Assembly (NCBI GenBank): GCA_048013815.1
Contig: CM106585.1
Span: 124,001-188,000 of the forward strand
Direction: 5' to 3'
DNA: 64,000 nucleotides
Source of the DNA: Setoptus koraiensis
Lineage: Eukaryota > Animalia > Arthropoda
Numbering within the stretch: the first letter of the stretch is position 1; each line of letters starts with the position of its first letter. This document shows positions 45,693 to 59,176 of the stretch, one piece after another. The position numbers and the translations under genes are program-made. Under the pieces are notes generated by a model. That model was not told the origin of the DNA, did no database searches, and saw only the letters and a program-made list of their open reading frames with translations.

Positions 45693-46930
45693 ATATGAGC
45701 AGTAAGGATGCACATAATGATGGCATCAAAGAGATTCAACCCCGTGCGGAAATGGAGTTAAAGAAGTTGCTGGAGAAATCCGAGGATAACATTGAAGAAA
45801 ATCCTGGATAAATTGCGAGAAATACGCTTATACGTTACGAGCCTAAATTTTCTCCTACGATGAAGGAAATTGTCTCTATGTTGAATCAATTGGTAGAAGA
45901 CTGTGACGAAAAAACAGACAATATGGATGAATGCAGTCAGAATGGAACCTTAAATAGTATCTAGTGTTCAGGTAAAAACATTTAAATCGGGTGGTAACCG
46001 GGCTTTCATTGAAATGATAAAAGCTAAGTTTGTACAAGAATGTTCGATGTTTGAAACAACAGCTCGTCAAATATCGTATACCGGTGCGAAGGATGGCAAG
46101 CAAGTTTGATATTGATTTGAGTGAGGTGTCGCCATCCGTAAAAGATGGGGGAGTATTGAAAGATGTTCTTGCCCGTTGTTCAGAATGAATAATATCCAGA
46201 ATGACAGAAAACAGTAGACACACTCAGCAATAGTACCTTTCAAGAGGTAGCTACAATAATGGCAAACAATGTCACTCGACCAATTAGTTTCGAGGCCATC
46301 TTCAAGGGATCATTCAACAAGATGACAGTCATTGGGGTTCTCCATTTTTATTATCCCGATGAAATAGGCATGACCAATGCAATCATTGTTCTGAAAACTT
46401 TGAGCCCAGACACAATGTACCATGTAAAGGTGAATTTTCTAGCGTATGTGGTTAAATCATGTTCCATGGCTCTAGCTGCTTATCCAATATTAGTTGGAGC
46501 AATTGGTCAAGATAAACAACATATAATTACTAGTGCAAGAATATCACAATGTAGTGATGGATACAAAAGTTGCTTCAACTGTGCCAAATATCAAGAATGT
46601 CGAGAAATCAACCGTTTTGGAGGTGGCTAATCAATTAGATTTTCTTAAAAGTCTTAGGAACTTTGGTAGCCTATCAGACTTAGCTGACTGGTACCTTTTC
46701 ATCAATATTGGCTTTTTTGGTTTTTTTGTCACCATTATAGTTGAATCAGAGCTTGGGATTAGCGCGTTAGGAAAAGTTACGCGTCTATATTATGGGAATA
46801 AATTTGAGAAACAATTAAAGCCAGATTCTTCAACCTCTGGAGATTCTACTTGCAGAACCCATCCATACTTGTAGTCAGACTTCGCCGATGGACGGAATTC
46901 TTCCGATTGGTTAGAATATGGTTATTTGTG
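45693..46930 (+). pseudogene. DBT: Degenerate dihydrolipoamide branched-chain transacylase (BCKDH E2) copy
   Basis: E3-binding domain PVRRMASKFDIDLSEVSPSVKDGGVLKDVL (46081-46173). Catalytic-domain pieces HFYYPDEI, KVNFLAYVVKSCSMALAAYPIL, MDTK..VPNIKNVEKSTVLEVANQL and INIG..ELGISALGKV. Several stops and frameshifts; the HRxxDG motif is not intact. Confidence 0.8.
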
Positions 46931-47257
46931 GATCAGTTGACGGCAAACTGTGTTGTTTCAATTATTTGAGAGCTTGAGAGGGCACACTTCGACACATTCA
47001 GAATGACTACGGAATCGATAGTTAATATTAACATGATTGCCATTAAACAAGTGACACAAACAACGAAAAAGATCACAATGCGTCGAACAACAATTTAGCG
47101 TGGAGTGAAGAATGCAGAATTAGAGCAAATGCACCTGATTGAGTCATTTCTCTGAGACACATGCCGAGATGGAATTTATTGACATTAAGGTAGACCGTGG
47201 TAATCATGCGCTTTTATTATTCAAATATGTTTAAAACGGAATTAACGCCGTGCCATC

Positions 47258-48184
47258 TTACTGAACTTCTTTTTCGTGCTTTAACAGATAATCTGCAAGA
47301 AACTTGATCGGCTCTTTGGGACGCTGCCTTGCCAACTGCGATAAAGCTGAATGAAGTATTGGAACGACGGTAGCGTCCAGATATTGTCGTGTAGGTAAAG
47401 CTGGTGGTTGTTGTTGCTGAGAGGAGACGTTGGTTTCTTGTGGCTGCTGAGAGGAGACATTATTTTCTTGTTGCTGCTTCGGGGACGAGACAATATTTTC
47501 TTGTGGCTGCTGAGAGGAGACATTGTTCTCAATGGGCAGCTCAGATAAGACATTGTTCTCTTGTTGTTGCTGCGGGGACGAGACATTGTTCTCTTGTTGT
47601 TGCTCAACTGTTTCCATTTTAACCGTTGTTTCCAATTTAACCGCTGGCTCTACTGAATCGCTTTGAGGCGCACCAGAAGCATTATCACCAGATTGATTAT
47701 TTAAGTCGAGCGGTGGCGCAGAAGATTCTTCCATAGGTGTTGATTCATCTTCCATAGGTGTCGAACTATCATTAGCTGTGGCGGCCGCCGTTGTTGTTGT
47801 TTCCTCTACCGCATTATTGGATTGGTCGGCGGCGTTGGTGGCGTTTGCGAGGTCAGAAGATGACGACGATGGAGCGGGTACAGAAACAGATTCTGATTGA
47901 TCGTCTGACGGTGTTGTTGTTGAATTGAAGTTATTAGAGTTGTTGTTGTTACTGTTGGTAGTGTCAACTGCTGACGGTTGCTCTAAAACCGAATCATCTT
48001 GTTGTTGTTGGTTGTTGCTGTCAGCAGTTGTTGCGGCAGCATCACTGGCCACACTACTAACATCAGCGTTGGCGGGGGCGGCAACAGTATTGTCCTTAAG
48101 TGTGGCTTGCTGTTGTTGCTGTCCATCTCCTGCTTGTTCGCTCGTTGAGTTGAGTTCTGGATCAACTGAAGACATATTGTTCAT
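47258..48184 (-). CDS. DPY30: DPY-30 (COMPASS subunit) with a long low-complexity N-terminal extension
   Basis: C-terminal LPTRQYLDATVVPILHSALSQLARQRPKEPIKFLADYLLK is the Dpy-30 dimerisation motif. Confidence 0.9.
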   Translation of the reverse strand: MNNMSSVDPELNSTSEQAGDGQQQQQATLKDNTVAAPANADVSSVASDAAATTADSNNQQQQDDSVLEQPSAVDTTNSNNNNSNNFNSTTTPSDDQSESVSVPAPSSSSSDLANATNAADQSNNAVEETTTTAAATANDSSTPMEDESTPMEESSAPPLDLNNQSGDNASGAPQSDSVEPAVKLETTVKMETVEQQQENNVSSPQQQQENNVLSELPIENNVSSQQPQENIVSSPKQQQENNVSSQQPQETNVSSQQQQPPALPTRQYLDATVVPILHSALSQLARQRPKEPIKFLADYLLKHEKEVQ

Positions 48185-49549
48185 TTGTTAATTACGATGA
48201 CGTGTCTTGACTTGATTGATTTTAAATCTATATGTATGTATATATGTCAGTATTTATAAATATTATTAATCTAATATATTAAATAATTATTAATGCAATG
48301 TGCCAAGCAAGTGTGAGTAAGTGTTTGTGTAACTAGTGTCTATTTGTAGATTTTCGGCCAAAAGTCGTTGATTTTCATCGCATGCGCAAGTCCCATGCGC
48401 GGATGCATCAAATTTTGTCTGGGCGCCAGATTTGACAGAAAAAAGCGCGCCGCTCCGCGCCAGGCTCTCGTGTGCTGATGGACACACAATCGGCACAACA
48501 CGTACCGAGCGGTGGATGTGAGGGGGTAAGTGAAGGGAGACTACAATCTCCCTCGTGGCCAGGCATCACCAACTGGACGTGCCGCGGGGGCTCCCTCCTT
48601 GGGTCCATTCTTGGCTTAACAGTGTTTGACAGATACAGAACAAAAGGTACAGCGTGCGCAGAAAAGATGGTTGAAAAATTGCATGTAAAGCTTCGAGATT
48701 TTCAATCGCAAATCAAACGTACACCGTTCGTGGATGTTGTGCTCCCTTTGCGCTGTCGGTGCGCCTAGTGCGCGAAAAATCCGCTAGGTCGTGTCACTAT
48801 TATCATGCAGTAAGTTTGTGGCAGCTACAGAGAAGTTATCTGCAGGATATCCGCACTATTTGAGGTATCAATCGGACTGTATCATCATTTGAAGGATTAA
48901 ACGACCCCAAGGAGTCCCCTAGATCGCTTAGAATGCTGGAATAATGGCAAGCCTGAGTGAGAAATAGTCGTCATTCGGTGACTCAATGAGAACTATTCAA
49001 AGAAATACTCCAAGATCAACTGCACAACAATGCCGGCCCCGCTGCTGCAATCAGGGGTCAATATTACATAAACGTGAATCGTGTATGTGCAATGTAAAAT
49101 ACACGGATTATTGTTATTAGAGGTATGCACTGTTATGGTGTCAAGTGAAAATAAGATAATCTGACACACTGTTGTTCAAAAAAGAGCAGTAGTGACGCGA
49201 GCCTGACTTGTTGGATTGATTGAAATGAGAGCCGGCGCTTTGAAATATCTAACGCCAAACGAACACTTGACGAGCAAGTCGAAAGTTTATTTATTGTTGT
49301 CGTGTATTACCTATAGTAAGCTGATGGATTGTTGTTGGCGCTCATTGATTAAACAAAGAGAGCAATCTGATTGATTTATTTGATAGTGTATTAGTGATAG
49401 TAATAATCATAATTTATAATCTCATATGTACATATGTATATGCAATATACAATACAGCTAATTATTATTAATTCAAAATGAAACAAATAGTTGTATTCTC
49501 ACTATATAAAGTTAGATACTCAGACGGAACCAAACCAGCAGCGTCGATC

Positions 49550-49990
49550 CTAGAAGCGTTGAATAACACTGGGGTGTCCGGCAACTATTGGAAATATGCG
49601 ACGATATCCGAAATATCCACGATATCCGATAAGACAGTGGGAGAGTCACGTTGGGATTAGTTGATTGAGTTTCGTTGTTGTTGCGGTTGTTGCGGCATCA
49701 TGTGACATGCCACAACAACAACAACAACAGCAGGAGTTGTAAATAGTTTTATATAGTTGGTTAGTTGTGTGTGTGATACTTACGTGCCAAATACTGATGA
49801 ACAGCAAGCGATTGCTGATAAATCGACGTCATGGGACTAGCCGAGGGCGATATAGTCGTGCCCAGTGCCGACGTTTGGTGCTGGTGCTGGTGCTGGTGCT
49901 GATGCTGACTATGATGGTGCTGATGCTGGTGGTGATATATGGGAAGTCCGCTTTTTTCCAGGGCCGGTCGTTTGGTTAGCGGAAACAAAC
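49550..49990 (-). CDS. mbl: Muscleblind, last two coding exons (49990-49784 and 49584-49550); zinc-finger exons not found in the window
   Basis: ttttccag acceptor, then a 207-nt phase-1 exon GLFPLTKRPALEKSGLPIY..YQQSLAVHQYLA (MBNL KRPALEK motif) and a GTAAGT donor. A caatag acceptor then gives LAGHPSVIQRF*, similar to arthropod Mbl C-termini ending in PRF. Confidence 0.75.
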
Positions 49991-52093
49991 CTGGAAAAGG
50001 CTGTATACGAAATATATATTAATTTATATATTAATAACTTGTGACACTCATTTATAAATATCTATTAATGTTATGTTTAGTTAGCTGACATGATCATTAG
50101 ATGGAGCTTCACACTCTTGACTTGTGTGCAAATTATCACACAACATCTTTGCAAAACAACAACAGCAACTACACTTTGTGTGTGGTTTATGTGAAGTGAA
50201 CCTTCGAAAATGACTGATCACCTTGAGGCCAGCACAACATATATAGCCCATGGCATATATATATATATATATAAGTTGGCATAAGTAGATTTGATTGGAT
50301 GAACAGGCCGGGTTAAGATTGAGGCAGTTTGGGGCCGACTGCAGCAACGAGCAGCGAGTAGCACAAATGCTATCTAAGAGTAATTGGATCGATCGATCAA
50401 TCTGTTTGTTGGTTATAGTTACGTATATGAGATAAGTAACACTAAAACAACAATTATCAGTTTGAACACGCAACTTTTGGCTTTATTTGTGGCCTTTATG
50501 TGTATTGATGGGACCTAGACACACACACAGTATTTATTATTATATAAGATGTATATATATCTTACATGTTGTGTCTCGCCGCTAGCTTAGCTGCTGGGAT
50601 AATGCTGAGATAATGCTAGCATAAGCATGATGTAATGTGTACTTATTGTGTGTATAGGATGTAAAACATAAACTCTAAGCTAAAATACAGCAACAATGTA
50701 ATAAAGAAGAACACTCTAACAACAAGAAAATTATTCATATTAACAGCACTTAAATTAGTACTGTTTACTTGAGTAAATTGAATTTAAACTTTATTTTAAA
50801 TTTCATTCAATTGGCCTCTTGCAAGCGCCAATCTTGATCTTGATTTCAACTTCAACTTGCTTCAAACACACATAATTCAATAATTGTTGAACAAATTATT
50901 TAATTTAATACTCGTCTGTCTTATCAAACAACGATAATATAATTGTGAGTGATAGTTTTGAGCTGCTTGTTTTACAAGTTTTGTCAGACTTGCACTGTTC
51001 GTAAGGACTATTCCGTTGTCATGTTGATGCGAGCGACTTTGAGAATTAGCAAATACAAACAGTGTACATAGAAAATGTAATACGAATGTACAATGTTCAA
51101 ATGTCAACCGGCGAACGAGATTTTGTCATGATTTTGTCTGGTAACAATAACAACAATTAGTGTTTGTGTGTTATTTTTGGCAATCGTATGACTTTGCCAG
51201 ATAATTGCCAGTGAATAACTAATTGTTGTTTGCTTGCTGTACCAACAAATATAAAGTATAGAATCTATTGGCTCGATACTTTCAATTGGGATAGCATTTA
51301 TATTAGTATTGGGTGCAGTTGGTGACGGAGCGGACAGGCAAATTGGTTAGATGACACAGTGAAGCAATTAAACAAGGATCAAATTGGACAAATGTCGCAC
51401 ATCACACAAACACGATGACATATCTGATTTGTTTGTCGTTCAAATGTACAAATGTTTGAATGTTTACATGTTTAAATGTTTGTTGGCTCAAATGTTGGAA
51501 TGCTCAAACGTTCGGATGCTCAAATGTCAAATGGGATGTCTGACATGGTTAATTAGATGCTGCCCAATCAATTAGTGCCAGTAGTCATCACAAGGGAAAC
51601 TATTGCTTCAAGACTGAATGCTCACAATTGTCAGGCAATCATTTCTTTGTCTGGCCCCTCACACAGTGTAAAAACACAACGCTGGCCCAATGCTACTGTC
51701 ATGTGAAACTGTGTCTCTCTGAAATTTGGAGACCGCAAGCGAAAGTGGGGCCTCAGTTCAGTTGGCCAGCTATACAGTTTGTTTGCGTTCTCGTTGGCTT
51801 GTATAGGATAAGGGGCCTCAACTTGATTTTACGATTTTTTATTGATTGCACCCACAACAACGACAGCGACAACAACGACCGCGACAACAACGACCGCGAC
51901 AACAACGACCGCGACAACAACGGCAGTGGACACAAAGGCAAGCAGCAATCGATTGGGTCGCATGGAAAAGACAAGACACGATAAGAATGACGACTAATGA
52001 CAAATAATAAAGTTAGTAATAGAATTGCCTGCTTGTAGTTGGCCAATCACTACAAAATCGCTTCCACTGACAGCAACTAGCGACTTGACAACA

Positions 52094-52177
52094 TTTTGTC
52101 AAGCCAGTTTTGTCAAGCTAGTTTTGTCAAGCTAGTTTTGTCAAGCTAGTTTTGTCGAGCTAGTTTTGTCGAGCTAG
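52094..52177. repeat. 14-bp tandem array, 6 units (TTTTGTCAAGCTAG)
   Basis: One ccag variant, three identical units, then two units with A>G. Confidence 0.95.
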
Positions 52178-55100
52178 TAAAATGAGACAAGGGGAGCAAG
52201 TTGCTATTTGTGGGTATTGCTACTACCACAACTAGTGTAGGCTCGTTAGCAAATGTAACTGGCCTAGTGGTGAACTTTGTCGACGATTATACAATATAAT
52301 ATAATTCAATGAGCTAATCTATATAGCACAACTAATTTGAAACAAACACACACACACACACACATTTACAAATCGGCATCAGTTGTTGCTGTTATATAGT
52401 TGTCGTGTAGTTGTTGTGCAGTCGCCCAATGGTTGCTATATAGTTGTTATAAGGGGCCCCAGACGCAGCCGGCGCAAAGACACAATTTTGGAACAATGGA
52501 CAAGCTCAGTTTATCTCAATGTACACTCGCAATACAAGGCTACGGGCTATAGTAATGAATAATAATAGTTTTATTATCGGAGTTGATGGCCGAGCCGGCG
52601 GCAAGCGTGATAATAAAACACGAGGGGCACTCAATTGGCCGCTAGCTTTTATTTTCTGTTCAAATCTGGTCGGATAATCTCGTTACTAACTGTTACTAAC
52701 TGACTCGTTGTTGTTTGTTGTCGCTGCCAATTATTCGTGCTGTTTCCATTGAAAACTGTGCACTGTCGCCGTCGACTTGCTCAGGGTTGCATTAGATGGT
52801 AGTTTAAAATTGCTTTTAACAATTGCTTTTATCCATCCATCGCTGCATGTTGGCCCAACTACAAACATTCAGTCGCTACTGACTGTTTGTAGTTGGGCTT
52901 TCGGGGCACTCTCTTTGCGACTTTGCGACTTTACGTCATCGTTCATTTCGTCTCATGTGAGTCGACTGTGATTCTCGATTGCAGCGATTATCAGTGAGCG
53001 TTTGTTGTGTCGACCGGCGCGTCAGACTATGACACGATTGTTGCTTGCTTGCGTGTATGATGTAAGAGATACTTACAGTAGCAGACAAGGTGATTATAGT
53101 TGATCGTTGTCTTGGTCGGCTCACAACAGTCAGTTGTCAGTATGGCCAATTGGCAAGCCGAGGGGCGCACAACAACCGCACACCAACGACAACAACGGCA
53201 AGAGATCAATTGCAATTTGCAACATTCACAGTCGGCATGCCCTGTTACGCAACTGCTCAACGTCTAGTTGATACGCACACACACACACACACACTGTCGC
53301 TGTATTATCCGTTCGCCGAGTCGAAGAACGGATAAAACGAACGCAAAACAAAACGAAATAAAAGACGCTCAATAGAGGATTGAGACAACTCGAGTTTCAG
53401 CGGCATCGATATTTGTTGTCAATCTGGCAAATATTGTTGTCGTTGCATGTTTGTTTGTTGGGCATTGTTGCGCGTCTTGCCTGCCAGTTGGCGTCTCCGT
53501 TTTCATCTTTATTTGAGCACAACTAAATAACCGATTATTACATAATAGTTACGCACCGTTGCCAGTTTGCGACAATCAAACGGCGCGATGCGGCGCAAAC
53601 GGGCCGCCCAGACAAACGCAAACGGACTCGAACGGATTCAAACGGATTCTAGCGTCGCTCAGACCCATGCAAATAAGGCCGAACAAGATGAGATTATTGT
53701 TGAGCGCTAATTGTAGAAGCGACCCTTTGCAGCAAATCACGTCACATATCAGCAGCGGATAATAGTGGCAAATAATGGCAAGTGACGGCACAAACGGGAA
53801 CGGCACCCACTCCGGCTGCCTGCACACACGCTGATATTAGGCTGATATTAATATCGGCGCAAGACAGTGGGAGTGTGTTGTTTTTGTCATGGTCGTCGTC
53901 GTTATCTCGTCGAGTCAATCTAATTATCATCGCCGCATCTACATTGTCTGCCCGTACGCAGTCTGGCTGACGACGCGACAATCGCCTTGGGGCTGCTCGC
54001 GTCTCGTCAGTGCGCGACCAGCATTCGGCTTGAACTCTTCTCAAACTGACTGTGAGTTTGCATGAAATATAAAATACAAAATGTAAAATGCGAAATGTAA
54101 ATGCGAAACGCGAAACGCGACATGCAAAATGCAAAATAAAACGAAATAAAGTGCAGACAAAATGGAATCAAAGAGAGAGAGAGTTAATTGGTAAAAAACA
54201 AATACCCCTAATAGGCAACTGAGAGCGACGCCATCGCACTGACAGAAACGCATTCGACACGACAGACGCTGCCAAGTTATATAAGCGCATAACGTTATCT
54301 CGACAACCACACTCGCACCACAACATCATCAATCTATTTTTTAGTCTTTTTAGCCTTTTTGGCCCGGCCAACTGCGCGACAATCGCATCTCGCTCATCTG
54401 CAAACTTGAGCTGCAAACTCGCTCGTAATCAAGTGATTAATAGTACATCATTGATGGCATTAATCTATTAATCATCGCCATTATTAATTGTGTCTCGACA
54501 AAATTATGCCTCACCAATTTTCACCTTGTTACGTTTTTTAGCGCTTGTTGTAGCTCGTTACGTGCGCCTTTGAGGGCTCGTTGCAGCTCGTTGGGTGTCA
54601 GCACCTCACTGGCAGACAAATATTGACGGCAAAAGAATGCGACTGCGGATAAATGTCGACGGTAACACGATAGCGCTAGTGGAAACAAAGATAAAGTGAC
54701 AGTGAGAGAGATAATCTAAATTAACTGGCAGTCAACATACCATGGCTAGGGTGTCCTTGAGCGCGCCACTGTGATCGAGTCTCTGCCGCTTGCCATTGGT
54801 TGAAATCATATCCTCATAGGAACGTTTGCTGGCCCCAAAGTAGCCCAATTGGCAGCCGGCGGACTTCTGTCAACAATGCGATGCGATTGTGTTGTTTGCG
54901 GTGCATAATTGTGCAAAGTGTTGTTGTGCAATAATGGGCCAATCGCAACGTTGATATTACGCAACGTTCATTACGCATGACGTGTGTGTGTGTGTGTTTG
55001 ATTGGTTGATGCATTTCATGAAATATTCAAATTAGTGGCGATGAGTGGCGATGAGCGACCGTCGAGCAATAATTAATTATAATAGTATCAGCGGGCGAGC

Positions 55101-58100
55101 AGGGCGCAACAATAAGCACAACAATCATTGTTGGGTCACGATTGTTGGGTCATTGTTGGGTCAGTATCGGGCAGTATCGCAAGGGGCAGGGCGACAACAC
55201 ATTTGTGAATAAACGAGGACGGGAGAAGACAGCAAAGTAATCATATTATTAAAATAATAAAACATAAATATAAATGGAGATGCATTAGCTAGTGATGCAA
55301 ATGAGGATTTGTGATTAATTAATTGGCGCTAATTTACTATTACTATCAGACTGATACTATCAGTGTGATAGTATAACACTACCCAATGCTTGCTTCATGT
55401 CGATGTGAGCATGCTGTAGCTTGCATCCGCGTGTTAATTATGTTGCATAACTTGTGCAATGTGCAATGCAACTTGCTTGATCATCACAGCACCGGAAATG
55501 AGCTAGCTGATGATGCAACAAGTTAATTTTATTCTTCATTACACTGTTGGCTTTGAACTGCAATTGTGCAGCAGTTGGCATCAGCTGCGCAGTTGACAGT
55601 AACGCTAACGAGTGACAGGTGAACATTTTGTTGGTTGGGGCGAATTGTTGGACAGCGGTTACGCTCGCGGCAGCATTGTTTTACGTCATCATGTCATGTT
55701 TGTACTGACACACTCATGTTTGTGAGTCAAGTGCTCGAAGAACCAGCCAGACAACAGCTGACTGGCTGGTCAGCGTATTGGAGCTGTCAATTGGTGCAAT
55801 TGACTCAGTCAGCTGTCAGCAGTGACAGATTGACAGGGGCAAAAGTGGGCGAAAACGAGAGCATGACGAGATGTGTTTTTGCGTTGTCAATATTGGCTCT
55901 GTCACAGGCTGGCTGTCATGATAGTCATGCGGCTGGCGAGTTGTGCGAAATGTGAAAAGGCGTTGCTATCAAAAAACAAATCAGATCGGTCAGTTTGCAC
56001 GCGAATCAACCCAATATCACAGTTGATATTCAGTTTGCATATAGTTGCGGGCTATTAGCTAATATGCACATTACAAAATGAGTTGTGTTGATTAGATTGC
56101 AAGATTTGGCACATTCAATTTACTAATTTGACTTTACTTTTTGGCCAAGTCTCGTTATTCATTTCACTGCTAGCAACCGAGTGCTGCAATAATATTATAA
56201 ATATAAGTATAAGTATAAGTATATTTATAATATGCATACAGTGCTGTTGGCATAGAGTATGTATAATAGTGCTAGTGGTAGACAGTTTAGGCGCGGTCAG
56301 CGGCGTCAAATTGTCAGATTATCATCAGACATTTGCTTTTATCTGCTGTTTGCTTTAGCCCGCTCACTTGCTAATGGGGCCAATGCAAGCCGCTGTTATC
56401 TAACTGTTGTGATCTGCGTCATTATCGCGCTGCCGTGTCCAGCCTAATTTGATTATCCGCTGTGGCTGGCACTATCATCGACAGCAATGTTTTGTGGCGG
56501 CCGCCATGTTGCCCAATCGACATATGCGAATACCGTGTATGCATTGCGCAACAAACACCGCCAAACAAACACACCAACATGCCAACAAAACACATATCGA
56601 CACATCTATGGGCCCATTATCAAATTGCCAGCTCTCACTCTGGCAATTTGATCTCTCTCTGGCTGTATTATTATGTGCTGACCAAATGTATACCAAATAT
56701 AGCCAATATAGCCAATATAGCAATGGGTGTGTGATGCGAGACTCGACACTGTCGAGTCGACAGGCAAAAACAAGCGAAACTCTGGGCACAAAAAACTAAC
56801 GAAACTGTGCGCACAAAAACCAGCCAGGGGCCTCATAAATAAGCTTGTTCGCGGGCCCCCAATTGACATGACTGTTAGTGGCAGCCACAAAAGTATCTAT
56901 TGTCTGTGTGTTGTTTATATGAGCAATTAAAACTCATGTTTGTTGTTGCGAGCCAGTTTATTATCACCATTAACACACATAATTCATGGTGTTTTGCTTG
57001 ATTAAGTTGCCGGACCAACCAACTAACTCATTTGCATATAATAGTGTGCGTTTCTTTACTTTCTTTTGTGCTCTTTGGCCAGCTCCAAAGGGCTGTTTTC
57101 TCTTTTTTTGGGGGCCCCTGCTCCGCGTTGGTCAACAGGGGCCCCACAATGGACGCAATAATCACAATAATCACACTCACAAAGTCCTGTCATGTCAATT
57201 GCTAGCTAGATTGGTAGCTTTGGCAATGGTAGCTTGCGATCACAGTTGCGATTGCGATTGCGATTGGGATTACTTATTTACTCAGTTAGAGACTCAGTTT
57301 AGCTCACTCACACACAAATGCAATTGGCTAATGGCGCCACTAATTTACCCTAGCATTACCCAATTTATACCCCCACGCGTTGTGTTATATTTCAGTGGCA
57401 GTTATATTTCGCTGGCAGTTACATAAATTCAGCAGCTCACATGCTGCTGACCAGTGAGGTGAGTTGGGGCCGTTTGTTTAGGCGCAATTGCGTCACTTAC
57501 ACAAGATATTTATAGATACACTACATATATAGACGGACATACTAGATAGTCTAGATATTCAGTGTTTGCGTAATCAAACCAATGAGTGTCACTTGAGCAA
57601 AGTTAACCAGTGAGAGTGACGTCATTATTTACTCATTAGCCAGCTAACCTGCATAACGTTGCTTTGGTGCTTCTGGGTATTTTGCGCACTCACCTACACG
57701 GATATTTCTAGGTAAACTGTGTTAGATTTGCACAAGTATAGTTAGTTTCTAACTTATTCTTATACTTATATTTATGCTTAACTTTATTCACCTGCTATTT
57801 TGCTAATATTAGTTACTAGTAACTTGCTGGTAACACTAGAGAGTCACATACCGCGAGCTGTTGCCGAGATATAAATTTGATTACTTTTGTGCTCATGATT
57901 GTGTCGTGACTCGGGGCTCTTTAGTTGGCCCATTCGAGAAAATGTCAAACTTTGTCAGCTTGTAACAAGTTTGAGATGACAGCGCATTCGACGACACATC
58001 ATCGCGAGTATGAATATGTCGTCGAATATCAGTATCAATTAATATATTTACACACAAAACAGATACATTTACATAACAGCCTGCACGTGTGCATGATTAA

Positions 58101-58216
58101 CCGACTTTCGATTTGGTGCCTACTGTACAACGAGCGCTGTCCATAGACCGGGAATGCATGTTTGGCCGAGTCAGTTTTGTTGTGCAGTTGCACGGTTGCT
58201 ATAAAGCCACTAAGCA

Positions 58217-58304
58217 AACAACAACACAACAACAACACAACAACAACACAACAACAACACAACAACAACACAACAACAACACAACAACAACACAACAACA
58301 ACAC
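58217..58304. repeat. Perfect 11-bp array (AACAACAACAC)8
   Basis: Read directly from the sequence. Confidence 0.95.
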
Positions 58305-58621
58305 AACAACAGCACCACAGCGAGTCACTTACAAAAGCACACTTACAAACTGTGAGTGTCACTTGTTACTGTAATGTCTGTTTTTGACGCCAGTGCCGGT
58401 GACGCAACAAAAGCGTTGCTGTTGTCAGCATAGTGTGTGCTCATTTGTGGGGCCCGATGCGCGGTCCGATGCAAGTGACCATTGTGAGTGTCGGCATTTG
58501 CATTGTTTGTTTGCTTGTGTGTCGACGAGTCGCATGACAAGTCGCTAACGCCACTAGGTGCCATCATCGCCAGTAGTTTTGCTGGCAGTTTGTGTGTCAC
58601 TTTCACTTTGCTTGTTTGAAT

Positions 58622-58653
<32 letters not shown>

Positions 58654-59145
58654 ATGTTGTTGTTGTTGTTGTTGTTGTGCACCATTTTACATCAGTCACT
58701 TGTTTGTTTTAGTTTGTGGACACCGTTATATTCAGCGTCACATCAACTGCGCCCATGAATGAATGGTGGGCACGTCAAGCCGCCTGCCACTGGCCTGGCG
58801 ACACCGGAGTGGCCTGGCGACAAACGAGAGAGTGACAAAAGAAGCGCGATAATGACTATAAAATGGCACAACAAACAACACTGTGTGCTGTTATGTCAAT
58901 AGGTCGCTAGGTGGCTCGCCACGCCACTTTGCATGTATCAGTGCCTTTGTGTTGCTGTTGCTTGTTAAATGACACTTGCCAGCTAACGGTCGTTTAACCG
59001 TGTTGTTGTTGTTTGTTGCATCGTATGCTGCTGACACATATATCATTATTACACGTGTTGTGTCCGTGGCACCCACTTGACAAACAGCAAGCTCATTCGC
59101 TGCTCATGTGGGCTGTTGTTGCGGCTGTTGTTGTTGTCGTGGTCG

Positions 59146-59176
<31 letters not shown>

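Noticed and set aside
48800-49100. Coding-like text with stops (..ELFKEILQDQLHNNAGP..)
   Set aside because: I could not recognise a family, and it is too fragmentary to call a pseudogene.
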